A stretch of 55,325 nucleotides of DNA, taken from a virus. Taxonomy: Duplodnaviria; Caudoviricetes. Under the pieces are notes generated by a model. That model ran no database searches and was not told the DNA's origin. It worked only from the letters and a program-made list of their open reading frames with translations. This document shows positions 16,886 through 25,045 of this stretch, piece by piece; positions within the stretch are counted from its first letter, which is position 1; every line of letters begins with the position of its first letter. A program made the position numbers and the translations under genes. The stretch is from IMG/VR virus record IMGVR_UViG_3300037863_000028, positions 1 to 55,325 of that record, one strand, 5' to 3'.

Positions 16886-17662
16886 ACGCCTACTAACCAC
16901 AAACTCTATAACTTTACGTCTTTGGTGCTGCTTTGGGTGTTTTGTAGTACTAACTACCATACGTCGGGGGCTTGTAGCGCGCGCGTTAGCTAGGTCTTAT
17001 ATGCTTAAAGTAAGGGGGGCTACATAACTTGACACATAGCACGGTAACTTGACACAATATACCCGTAACTTTACGTTATTTTATGCTGCACTGCACAATC
17101 TTTTACAACAATCTATTTTTTCCAAAAACGCTTACACGGTTTCCCGCTTTTTATATCGCCTAACTTTACATACTTTACATGTCAAGTACCAAGGTAGAAC
17201 CAATATCCATGCGGTTATCCATATATATAGAGTAATTAATTAATATATATATAATCTACTTGATCTAAATAATCTACGTTTTTTTTGACGGTTTCATGGA
17301 GAATTTCGTAATGACCCTACTATGTGTAAGGACATCAACCCCTAAACACTTTTAGTAGCTTATTACTTCAAAATTCGTAGATTAAATAGATTGTGCAGTG
17401 CAATATCCTTATAAATCAAGCACTTCCACGATCTATTTTTTGATACATATCAATAACTTTACACATATTATATATCGCGCCGTTAGATTATTGCCGTATA
17501 CATTGGTATAGTATGGCATAGAGGACCCCGAACTTGACATTTTTTCGGGCTTGGGTCAGGGTGGAGTTTCTCAACCGAGAGCCGACAGTTACATCATATA
17601 TAACTGTTATTTACTAACTATACAGTTAACTACCTAGTTAACTATACATCTGGAGCTTTATC
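16886..17662. other. AT-rich non-coding region with repeated motifs (candidate origin, control region or terminus)
   Basis: No credible ORF; multiple TAACTT(T/G)AC boxes, ATCTA repeats and a 15-bp inverted repeat. Confidence 0.55.
17534..17562 (+). promoter_or_regulatory. putative early promoter 2
   Basis: TTGACA (17534-39), 17 nt, CAGGGT (17557-62), upstream of paralog B. Confidence 0.55.
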
Positions 17663-17947
17663 ATGGCTACGAAAGAATCTAACCTTGACTTCATTTCTGT
17701 TGACGTTGACCAATTACCCTCATCAGTCAAGCCCTTATGGGCTAAGCTCAAAAAAGCGCAGGAAGCTGTAAGCTTAGCTCGTGGTGAGTTTGAGGGCGCG
17801 TTCACTACTGTTGCTCGTAAGGCAGAGCAATTACCATCTGACCTTAGCTTACGTTTTGGCTATCGTTTTGGTGGTTTAGCAGTAGCTACTGTTAGTTCAA
17901 CAGAAGTTAAGAAGGCTGCCAAGCCTAAGTTTGTACTTGGTAAGTAA
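17663..17947 (+). CDS. early protein, paralog B (94 aa)
   Basis: GGAG RBS; paralog of 16159..16443. Confidence 0.85.
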   Translation: MATKESNLDFISVDVDQLPSSVKPLWAKLKKAQEAVSLARGEFEGAFTTVARKAEQLPSDLSLRFGYRFGGLAVATVSSTEVKKAAKPKFVLGK

Positions 17948-17952
17948 CATCA

Positions 17953-17976
17953 ACAGGGTGGCATATAGCCACCCAC
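17953..17976 (+). repeat. intergenic hairpin repeat type 2, copy 1
   Basis: ACA-GGGTGGC-ATATA-GCCACCC-AC; second copy at 18199..18222. Confidence 0.85.
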
Positions 17977-17997
17977 CCCACATATCTGGAGAATATC

Positions 17998-18195
17998 ATG
18001 AAAGATACTGTTCGTAAAACCCGTAGTAACCGTAAGCCCCGTGTTACCGAGAACATACGCTACATTGTGAAGTGGGTAGAGGGTAACACCTTGTACTTCA
18101 GGTCTTACAAGCGGGACAATGCAGCTTGTGATTTCCAAGAGTACCTAATCAGTACTGGTATACCCCAGTCTGACGTCAGAATCATAATGAAGTAA
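17998..18195 (+). CDS. hypothetical early protein
   Basis: 65 aa, GGAG RBS. Confidence 0.75.
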   Translation: MKDTVRKTRSNRKPRVTENIRYIVKWVEGNTLYFRSYKRDNAACDFQEYLISTGIPQSDVRIIMK

Positions 18196-18198
18196 TTG

Positions 18199-18222
18199 AC
18201 AGGGTGGCTATATGCCACCCAC
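18199..18222 (+). repeat. intergenic hairpin repeat type 2, copy 2
   Basis: ACA-GGGTGGC-TATAT-GCCACCC-AC. Confidence 0.85.
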
Positions 18223-18239
18223 TTTTATGGAGTATTACC

Positions 18240-18497
18240 ATGTCACGTAAAGTGTTTATAAATGTTGAGCCTGAGCAGTTAGCTCGTGCCATAGATACCA
18301 TTGGATACACCAACGCTAAGAAGTACGAAGAAGCTATTGGTTATCTGTCCATGTGGAATCTTAACTTTCCTAGTTGCACTATCTCTACCGATGGGGCTAC
18401 TGACCTATTCGCAGTATATTTTGACGAGTCAGACCCTGACCGTAGGTATGTCATTGGGGCTGTTTGGCATGGCGACCATTACGGCTTTCATAGCTAA
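18240..18497 (+). CDS. hypothetical early protein
   Basis: ATG 18240 after GGAG (MSRKVFINVE...). Confidence 0.75.
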   Translation: MSRKVFINVEPEQLARAIDTIGYTNAKKYEEAIGYLSMWNLNFPSCTISTDGATDLFAVYFDESDPDRRYVIGAVWHGDHYGFHS

Positions 18498-18506
18498 GGG
18501 GGGCAT

Positions 18507-18911
18507 ATGTTTAAACCAATCAAGATAGCCAATGGTGACTGCCGTAGGTATGTGCAGTCTAAGCAACAGTTTACTGGTAGCAATATGTTTGGTAGGTGGG
18601 AACACCCCACAAGATGTATTACTACCAACGTCAAGTCTAAGTCTATGCACTACGTTGTGTATAGTTACGGCAACCACTTCCCTATCTATGTATTTACTGA
18701 AGGCAGGTGGTACGAGAACACCGAAAATTACAGTAGGACTACTGGTAGGCATAAGTCACAAGCTCACCCTCACCCAGAGGAAGGCACTATAAAAGTAAAC
18801 TTAGACTTTATGCTTGTATTGTCAAACTGTGGCTTAGCTGCTGTTAACGCCAGACGATTAGGAGTTGTCTACAATGCAGATAGAACCGCAGACGAAGCAG
18901 TCCCTTATTGA
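18507..18911 (+). CDS. hypothetical early protein
   Basis: 134 aa; YVVYSYG.HFP...WYEN...YSRTTGRH pattern seen in phage early proteins. Confidence 0.75.
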   Translation: MFKPIKIANGDCRRYVQSKQQFTGSNMFGRWEHPTRCITTNVKSKSMHYVVYSYGNHFPIYVFTEGRWYENTENYSRTTGRHKSQAHPHPEEGTIKVNLDFMLVLSNCGLAAVNARRLGVVYNADRTADEAVPY

Positions 18912-18922
18912 GGAGGAGTGCG

Positions 18923-19144
18923 ATGACTGAAGAAGATAGTAGGCATCTATGCACAAAGTGCTACGGGGGTACTGTACCTTTGGCACGTTGGAAGTTAGGG
19001 TATACCACTTGCTTACCATGTGGTGAGTTACAAGCCAAAGAGCGTAAGTTTACAGTAGCCCCTATGCACAAGAGCAACTATATGTTGTTCACCAACGCTG
19101 AGGATTTAAAAGGCATTAACAACAAAGGAGGGTCATTCAGGTGA
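18923..19144 (+). CDS. small zinc-finger protein
   Basis: CTKC...CLPC; GAGGAG RBS before ATG 18923. Confidence 0.7.
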   Translation: MTEEDSRHLCTKCYGGTVPLARWKLGYTTCLPCGELQAKERKFTVAPMHKSNYMLFTNAEDLKGINNKGGSFR

Positions 19145-19626
19145 AGGCAACAAAGAAGTTTAAGCCAACAACATTTGAGGGATATTTACTGGCTGACAGT
19201 GTGATTGTAAGTTCGGTTGCCAGAGTAATGATTAACCACAGGGAGGGTGTAACCACAAAGATGTTGGTAGATGAAGCAGGCATTAACAAGACATCAGTTG
19301 ATTACGTGCTTAGACAGATGAGGGCTGATGGCTTTGTCTACATATCTAATTGGTTTAGGACAGAGAACAATGGGTCTGCTGCCGTGTACTCACTAGGCAA
19401 AGGCAAAGATGTAGTCAAGAACAGAGGTAAGCCTAAGAATAAGCGTATGACTATGCCTAGTCAGTACGTAAACAAGAAGCAACAAGAGTCGGATAAATCA
19501 AACAAGGAGAACTTACAGAGCATACAAATGATAGCCCTTAACAAAGCACTTGTACCTGTCAGAAACATGAGCCAACAACGTGTCGCTAATCTCAGGTATT
19601 TAAACCACATTCAAGGAATAAGATGA
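19141..19626 (+). CDS. putative winged-HTH DNA-binding protein
   Basis: GVTTKMLVDEAGINKTSVDYVLRQMRADGFVYI pattern. Confidence 0.55.
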   Translation: MKATKKFKPTTFEGYLLADSVIVSSVARVMINHREGVTTKMLVDEAGINKTSVDYVLRQMRADGFVYISNWFRTENNGSAAVYSLGKGKDVVKNRGKPKNKRMTMPSQYVNKKQQESDKSNKENLQSIQMIALNKALVPVRNMSQQRVANLRYLNHIQGIR

Positions 19627-19850
19627 TGAACATGGATAACAAGACAGTAGTTAAGAACGGCAGGATTTCATACATGGCACTGCCATACCCACTGCCAGAC
19701 AAAGCTATTACATGGCTGAAAGCAGCAGCCAAGATAGACGCAGCTCAAGTAGACCGTGTGGCAGACAAGCTACGTGATGAGATTGGTGTATGGGTAGAGC
19801 GTGACTTTATCGAACCCATCAATAGGTTTACTGACAGGATACTGAAATGA
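19623..19850 (+). CDS. hypothetical protein
   Basis: Coupled ORF (ATGA overlaps). Confidence 0.65.
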   Translation: MMNMDNKTVVKNGRISYMALPYPLPDKAITWLKAAAKIDAAQVDRVADKLRDEIGVWVERDFIEPINRFTDRILK

Positions 19851-20194
19851 GACCATTTAACTTAGAAGCGTTTAGGAACGGCGAGATTGCTATACATAAA
19901 GATGGCAACGAAGTGCGGTATATACAAGAAATTACATATGGTGATGGTAGTAAATCGCTAATTTTTAATTCGGAATATGCTAACTATGCTATCCGTTATG
20001 TAAATAGTAAAGAATACAAAGAGTACCTAGTCGGTATGAGGCATACAAAAATTAAAAAATTCTTGCATGTATATAAAGCTAGTGGTGTATGGAAATTAGA
20101 TGCCTGCTACTACACTTTGGGAGAGGCTCGTCAGGTCTATATTGGTGTCGAATTTGAGTGCATCGTCAGGTCAGCCAAGGAGGTCGTGGAATGA
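19847..20194 (+). CDS. hypothetical protein
   Basis: 115 aa, MRPFNLEA...G N-terminus, coupled. Confidence 0.65.
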   Translation: MRPFNLEAFRNGEIAIHKDGNEVRYIQEITYGDGSKSLIFNSEYANYAIRYVNSKEYKEYLVGMRHTKIKKFLHVYKASGVWKLDACYYTLGEARQVYIGVEFECIVRSAKEVVE

Positions 20195-20349
20195 ACAGAC
20201 TACTAAAGTGGGTGTTATGTGGGGCAGTATACGGTGCTTTTGTAAGCATCTTGGCAGTGGCTGCAATGGAGTGGGTAGCAGGTTGTGGTGAGTCCTATGT
20301 CGATGCCAATGGGGTACGACATATCAACGAGTGTGTACTTATCAAATAA
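20191..20349 (+). CDS. small membrane protein
   Basis: ATG 20191 after GGAGG; hydrophobic N-terminus followed by AGCGE. Confidence 0.65.
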   Translation: MNRLLKWVLCGAVYGAFVSILAVAAMEWVAGCGESYVDANGVRHINECVLIK

Positions 20350-20358
20350 GGAATTTAT

Positions 20359-20535
20359 ATGAAGCGTTTGTTTATGTTGCGTCACAGCAAAGGTGGATCG
20401 GTGGTACTAGGTGAGGACAAAACCACCATGTTTTTTAGTACTAAACCAGAAGCGAAAGTGGTGCGAGATATGTTAGGCGGTACAACAGTAGTCACATACG
20501 GCACAGACCATAAATTATACAAGGGAGTTAAATAA
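20359..20535 (+). CDS. hypothetical protein (58 aa)
   Basis: MKRLFMLRHSKGG...YKGVK, translated by hand; AAGGA RBS; TAATG overlap with the ATPase gene. Confidence 0.7.
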   Translation: MKRLFMLRHSKGGSVVLGEDKTTMFFSTKPEAKVVRDMLGGTTVVTYGTDHKLYKGVK

Positions 20536-21521
20536 TGCGAGCCTCATTACTTAAAGATACACTCAAGTCACTGTTTGATATTCAACGTACAGTATGTATA
20601 GAAGGTAGTCCAGGTGGTGGTAAGACAACCATTGTGCACCAAGCAGCAGAGGAACTGGGAGTGCCAGTAGTAGAGCGTCATATGCCTACCATGCTTGTCG
20701 AGGACTTCGGTATTCTGTTCCCCAAAGAAGGTAACGGGCTTGAGTATAAGCTGCCCGATTGGTTTCCAGTCAAGGGTAAAGCACCTGAACGAGGCATACT
20801 ACTGTTCGATGATCGTAACCAAGCCAATGCAGACTTACAAAAGGTACTGGCTAACATCTGCCAAGCACGAACACTACATGGCACACCGATGCCTGATGGG
20901 TGGCAGGTAATCAGCACAGGTAACAGACAGTCAGACCGAGCAGGTGCTAACCGTGTACTGTCACATCTTCGTAACCGTGAGACAGTTGTTGAACTAGAAA
21001 CCCACCTTGATGACTGGACTAACTGGGCTATTAACAACGATGTTAAGCCAGAGATAATTAGCTTCATTCGATTCCGACCTAACCTACTGCATGATTTCGA
21101 TGCACAGCGTGACCAGAACGCTACACCACGTAGTTGGGTAGAAGGTGTCAGTGATGTGCTTGGTAAGTGTAGCCCTGAAGCAGAGTTTGAACTGTTCAAA
21201 GGTGCAGTAGGTGAGGGTGCAGCAGCAGAGTTTGTTGGGTTCTTAAGAATCTTTCGTAAGCTGCCTAACCCTGATGCTGTGTTGCTCAACCCTGCTACTG
21301 CTGATGTGCCTACTGACCCTGCCACACTGTATGCCTTGAGTGGTGCGTTGGCTGAACGTGCCACCGAGAATAACTTTGACCGAGTGTGTACTTATGTAGA
21401 GCGTATGCCTGCTGACTTCTCAGTACTAACCATATCGTATGCCACCCGTAAGAACCCTGAACTAGCCAGTACTCAGTCGTTTACCAAGTGGGCGATGGCA
21501 CACCATGACGTTTTGTTTTAA
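20535..21521 (+). CDS. MoxR-like AAA+ ATPase
   Basis: Walker A GSPGGGKT, Walker B LLFDD, STGNR, LRNR, TPRSW. Confidence 0.88.
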   Translation: MRASLLKDTLKSLFDIQRTVCIEGSPGGGKTTIVHQAAEELGVPVVERHMPTMLVEDFGILFPKEGNGLEYKLPDWFPVKGKAPERGILLFDDRNQANADLQKVLANICQARTLHGTPMPDGWQVISTGNRQSDRAGANRVLSHLRNRETVVELETHLDDWTNWAINNDVKPEIISFIRFRPNLLHDFDAQRDQNATPRSWVEGVSDVLGKCSPEAEFELFKGAVGEGAAAEFVGFLRIFRKLPNPDAVLLNPATADVPTDPATLYALSGALAERATENNFDRVCTYVERMPADFSVLTISYATRKNPELASTQSFTKWAMAHHDVLF

Positions 21522-21530
21522 GGAGTAACC

Positions 21531-21761
21531 ATGTCGTATAGATTCCCAGTACCTGATTACGATATGTACGTTAGCTTTTTGGAGTTTATATATGAGAGAG
21601 ACGTAATAACAGCCATTAGATTTTGGGAACTGTACGACTTACTTACCTCACATTTAAGCGACACCAGAACAATGGGTGCTGTCGAAGTACGTAAGATAAG
21701 AGATAGTAATCCAGACGTATACAAAGTATTTGAAGTTAGACATAAACTTTTAGGGAGTTAA
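21531..21761 (+). CDS. hypothetical protein
   Basis: 76 aa, AAGGAG RBS. Confidence 0.7.
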   Translation: MSYRFPVPDYDMYVSFLEFIYERDVITAIRFWELYDLLTSHLSDTRTMGAVEVRKIRDSNPDVYKVFEVRHKLLGS

Positions 21762-21765
21762 CACT

Positions 21766-22617
21766 ATGAACTTAAGCGACAGAGCATTACTAGTACAGCT
21801 ATCCATATCACAGTGGGCAGCACGTAAGTACGATAAGAAAATATCCAACGAGGTAGCCAGTCAGCATGGCACAGCCACAGCAGTAGGTCGGTACAACAAG
21901 TCACTACTACCTATGAACGACTTGCTAGACAACGTACACAAGAAGGCTTCCCTTATACGCACTAACTTCTACGCTAACACCCTGCCTTGGGGTATGGAGG
22001 GCACACAGATGCTACCCAGTAGTAACTACTTAAACTTTATGACTGAGTTTAGGAAGGAGAAGAACGAGTGGCAGACACTAGTAGCTAACTTTACCAGTAA
22101 CTATGACTCACTCAAAGAAGATGCTAAGCGTTTCCTAGGTACGCTATACAACGAGTCGGACTACCCAACGCTGTCTGAAATAGTAGGTAAGTTCAACATA
22201 GACATTGCCGTGTTCCCTGTACCAAGCACAGACTTTCGAGTGAGCATTGGTAGTGATGAGCTTGAACGTATACAACAAGATGTTGAGCGTAGAGTACAGC
22301 AGTCACAAGCTGTGGCTATGAAGGAGGTGTGGACTAGGTTGTATGAACGAGTCAAGCACATGGCTGATAAGTTGGCTGACCCCAAGGCTGTGTTTCGTGA
22401 CAGTATGATTGACAATGCCCGTGAGATATGTGCCTTGCTACCAAGGCTTAACTTCTCTGATGACCCTAACCTTGAAACACTACGACAACAGGTTGAGATG
22501 GGCATAGCCAACCACCACCCCGATGCACTGCGTAACAACCCTGACCTAAGACGTGACACAGCAGCAGAAGCGAGAGCCATCATGGATAAGATGAACGTAT
22601 TTATGGGAGGTAACTAG
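21766..22617 (+). CDS. conserved helical phage protein (DUF3150-like) of the AAA/VWA module
   Basis: 283-aa helical protein between the AAA and VWA genes; GGGAG RBS. Confidence 0.55.
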   Translation: MNLSDRALLVQLSISQWAARKYDKKISNEVASQHGTATAVGRYNKSLLPMNDLLDNVHKKASLIRTNFYANTLPWGMEGTQMLPSSNYLNFMTEFRKEKNEWQTLVANFTSNYDSLKEDAKRFLGTLYNESDYPTLSEIVGKFNIDIAVFPVPSTDFRVSIGSDELERIQQDVERRVQQSQAVAMKEVWTRLYERVKHMADKLADPKAVFRDSMIDNAREICALLPRLNFSDDPNLETLRQQVEMGIANHHPDALRNNPDLRRDTAAEARAIMDKMNVFMGGN

Positions 22618-22705
22618 TATGGGTTACAAAAGAGAGTTCGGCAGACAATAATTGCCTTATAGAAACGTCAATCACAGCAAACATAAAATACTAGGGAGAT
22701 ACAAC

Positions 22706-23869
22706 ATGACTACACCAGTACCTAACCATGCAGAACGTGAGCCACTAACTAAAGCTCAAGAGGTTGCCATAGACAGGCTGCTTGCTAAGGCACGTACTGC
22801 ACTGATACTAGAACACCCGTTCATCGGTAATGTGGCACTCAATATGCCATTCAAGATGGACTACGCTATCCCTACTGCTGCTACTAATGGCAGGGAGATA
22901 CGATACAACCCGTACTTTATGAGTGAGATGAGTGACGAGGAACGTAAGTTTGTTGTGGCACATGAGTGTCTACACCCTATGCTTGAGCATAACTTTAGAC
23001 GCAACGGCAGACAACACAAACGTTGGAACAAAGCAGGTGACTACGTTATCAACCAGCTACTTACTGATGAGCACATCGGCAAGATGCCATCGTTTGGTCT
23101 GATAAATTCACAGCTATATGCAGCAGGTAATCAGACTACTGACGGTATCTACAACTTGTTGCCAGATGAACCTGAAGATGGCTCAGGTGGTGACGGTACG
23201 GAAGCGATGGATAGTTGTGATGATGGTGGTGGTAGCCCTGCTGAACAGGCACAACAACAAGCAGAGTGGAAGGTACGAGTAGCACAGGCAGCACAGGCAG
23301 CAAAGATGATGGGCAAGATGAGTGTAGGGCTTGAGCGTTTAGTAGAGGGTATCCTTAAACCCAAGGTAGACTGGCGTGATGTGTTGCGTAGGTTTGTTGA
23401 GAAGTGTCGCAGTGACCAACGCTCATTTGCTAGACCGAACCGTAGGTTCTTATCACAAGGTATGTACCTGCCTAGTGTAAGCGGTGAGTCACTAGGTGAG
23501 ATAGCTATCGCAGTAGACTGCTCAGGTTCTATTGATGCAGATACTATCGCTCAGTTTGCTGCTGAGATTAATGCTGTCAAAGAAGATGGCAACCCCAGTA
23601 CCATTCACGTACTGTACTTCGATAGTGAAGTGTCACACTACGAAACTTATGGTCGTGATGAGGACTTGAACATCAAGCCTCATGGTGGTGGTGGTACAGC
23701 GTTCAGTCCTGTGTTTGAGTACTTAGATAAGCATGACATTGAGCCAGTAGCTTGTGTGTTCTTAACTGACTTGTATTGTGATGACTTCGGTAATGTACCT
23801 AGCTACCCAGTACTGTGGATATCCACTCAGTCTGGCAAAGCACCGTTCGGTGAAGTGGTGATGATGTGA
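22706..23869 (+). CDS. metallopeptidase + VWA domain protein (DUF2201-like)
   Basis: TAATNG, HECLH (HExxH), MIDAS DCSGS, GGGGT, LTD; GGGAG RBS before ATG 22706. Confidence 0.88.
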   Translation: MTTPVPNHAEREPLTKAQEVAIDRLLAKARTALILEHPFIGNVALNMPFKMDYAIPTAATNGREIRYNPYFMSEMSDEERKFVVAHECLHPMLEHNFRRNGRQHKRWNKAGDYVINQLLTDEHIGKMPSFGLINSQLYAAGNQTTDGIYNLLPDEPEDGSGGDGTEAMDSCDDGGGSPAEQAQQQAEWKVRVAQAAQAAKMMGKMSVGLERLVEGILKPKVDWRDVLRRFVEKCRSDQRSFARPNRRFLSQGMYLPSVSGESLGEIAIAVDCSGSIDADTIAQFAAEINAVKEDGNPSTIHVLYFDSEVSHYETYGRDEDLNIKPHGGGGTAFSPVFEYLDKHDIEPVACVFLTDLYCDDFGNVPSYPVLWISTQSGKAPFGEVVMM

Positions 23870-24072
23870 TTACATACTGGGAATTATTTTTTGTTGCTGT
23901 CTACTGTGTCATTGCAGGGTATTCAATCTATCAGTCATATCAGATTAAAGAACTGAAGAATAAGATTCGACTGTTAGAAACTGTACTTGATGGTGTAGCC
24001 ACTGACCGACTAGAGATAAGGAGATTAAAAGATGGTATTCAAGTTACTAGTAGCAAGCCTAGCAATAGCTAG
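23866..24072 (+). CDS. small membrane-anchored protein
   Basis: N-terminal hydrophobic helix followed by a coiled segment. Confidence 0.65.
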   Translation: MITYWELFFVAVYCVIAGYSIYQSYQIKELKNKIRLLETVLDGVATDRLEIRRLKDGIQVTSSKPSNS

Positions 24073-24370
24073 CACACCTGTTGTTGCACAGGATTACTTC
24101 GGGTTTGAGAGTAGCTACCCACAGAGCTATGAAAGTAGTCCACTTAACTACAACAACAGCCCGTTGAACTATGACAACAGCCCTTTGAATTACAACAACA
24201 ACCCTTTGAACTACAACAACAGCCCACTTAACAGCACCGCTACCAATGGAGTGTACGACAACCAAGGTAATCGTATTGGGTACAGCACTACCTCCCCTAC
24301 TGGAGTCACTAACATTTACAGCAACGATGGCAAGCGATTAGGCTACACACCATCAACTAACAGGAGATAA
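24032..24370 (+). CDS. secreted Asn/Tyr-rich repeat protein
   Basis: Signal peptide MVFKLLVASLAIASTPVVA|Q; 7-aa SPLNYNN repeats; AGGAG RBS. Confidence 0.75.
   Translation: MVFKLLVASLAIASTPVVAQDYFGFESSYPQSYESSPLNYNNSPLNYDNSPLNYNNNPLNYNNSPLNSTATNGVYDNQGNRIGYSTTSPTGVTNIYSNDGKRLGYTPSTNRR
24137..24232 (+). repeat. 21-bp coding tandem repeat (about 4.5 x SPLNYNN)
   Basis: SPLNYNN SPLNYDN SPLNYNN NPLNYNN SPLN, with synonymous divergence. Confidence 0.85.
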
Positions 24371-24372
24371 CA

Positions 24373-25035
24373 ATGGCAACAGTCGTACTATCACAAGATT
24401 TACGTGAAAGAATACTTGATAACGCTAAAGGTGTGTTTGAGAAAAGACTTGTAGCTGCGTGTGAGTCTTATGCACCTGACTTAGCTGACCGTTTTTATGC
24501 AAAAGTATTTAACGAGTACATACCACACATGAACGCACTACCAGAAGAATTTTTTAGGGTGCACAGTAAACTTTTAGTAAGTAAAGTATGTGGTATTGAG
24601 ATGCCAAATGGTATCCCTACCTACAAGCACATGGAGTTTAGTAGCCCAGTAAAAATACCATTTGGATTACCTGATAAGTTTCCAGTACATTTTGATACCT
24701 ACTACCACTCTGGATATACAGGTGCTAGTGTTAGGTTAGATTTCAAGGAACGTTTCCCAGAGATTACTGAAGAAATACTATCCTACTACGATAGGATTAA
24801 AAAGTTACTTGATGAGCGCACTGTATTTCGTAATCAAGTAAAGAAGATACTAGAAGCTAACAGGACACTAGCACCTGCAATAAAGATATGGTCGCCACTT
24901 GTATCGCTACTGCCAGTGGAAACACTAGCCCGCCACAATGAAACAAACAAGAAAATAGTTAAGGAAGAAGTTTCGATTGATGTGGACTTAAGCTCAATGA
25001 CAACAGCAGTTGTTGCAAATAAACTGTCACAGTAA
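24373..25035 (+). CDS. hypothetical protein, possibly Nmad5-like
   Basis: 220 aa; C-terminal ILEANRTLAPAIKIWSPLVSLLP resembles Nmad5 proteins. Confidence 0.5.
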   Translation: MATVVLSQDLRERILDNAKGVFEKRLVAACESYAPDLADRFYAKVFNEYIPHMNALPEEFFRVHSKLLVSKVCGIEMPNGIPTYKHMEFSSPVKIPFGLPDKFPVHFDTYYHSGYTGASVRLDFKERFPEITEEILSYYDRIKKLLDERTVFRNQVKKILEANRTLAPAIKIWSPLVSLLPVETLARHNETNKKIVKEEVSIDVDLSSMTTAVVANKLSQ

Positions 25036-25045
25036 GGGATAGAAT

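Noticed and set aside
17049-17243. 64-aa ORF in the control region
   Set aside because: TTG start without RBS, runs through regulatory repeats, atypical composition.
16440-18222. Hairpin repeats as a CRISPR array or attC integron cassettes
   Set aside because: Only two copies per family, separated by whole genes; no cas1/cas2, no integrase and no attC R-box structure.
20678-21364. 228-aa antisense ORF over the AAA ATPase as a second overlapping gene
   Set aside because: Ser-rich, no recognisable motif, and in the third-position-aligned shadow register; unlike the intein HNH it has no evident expression signals.
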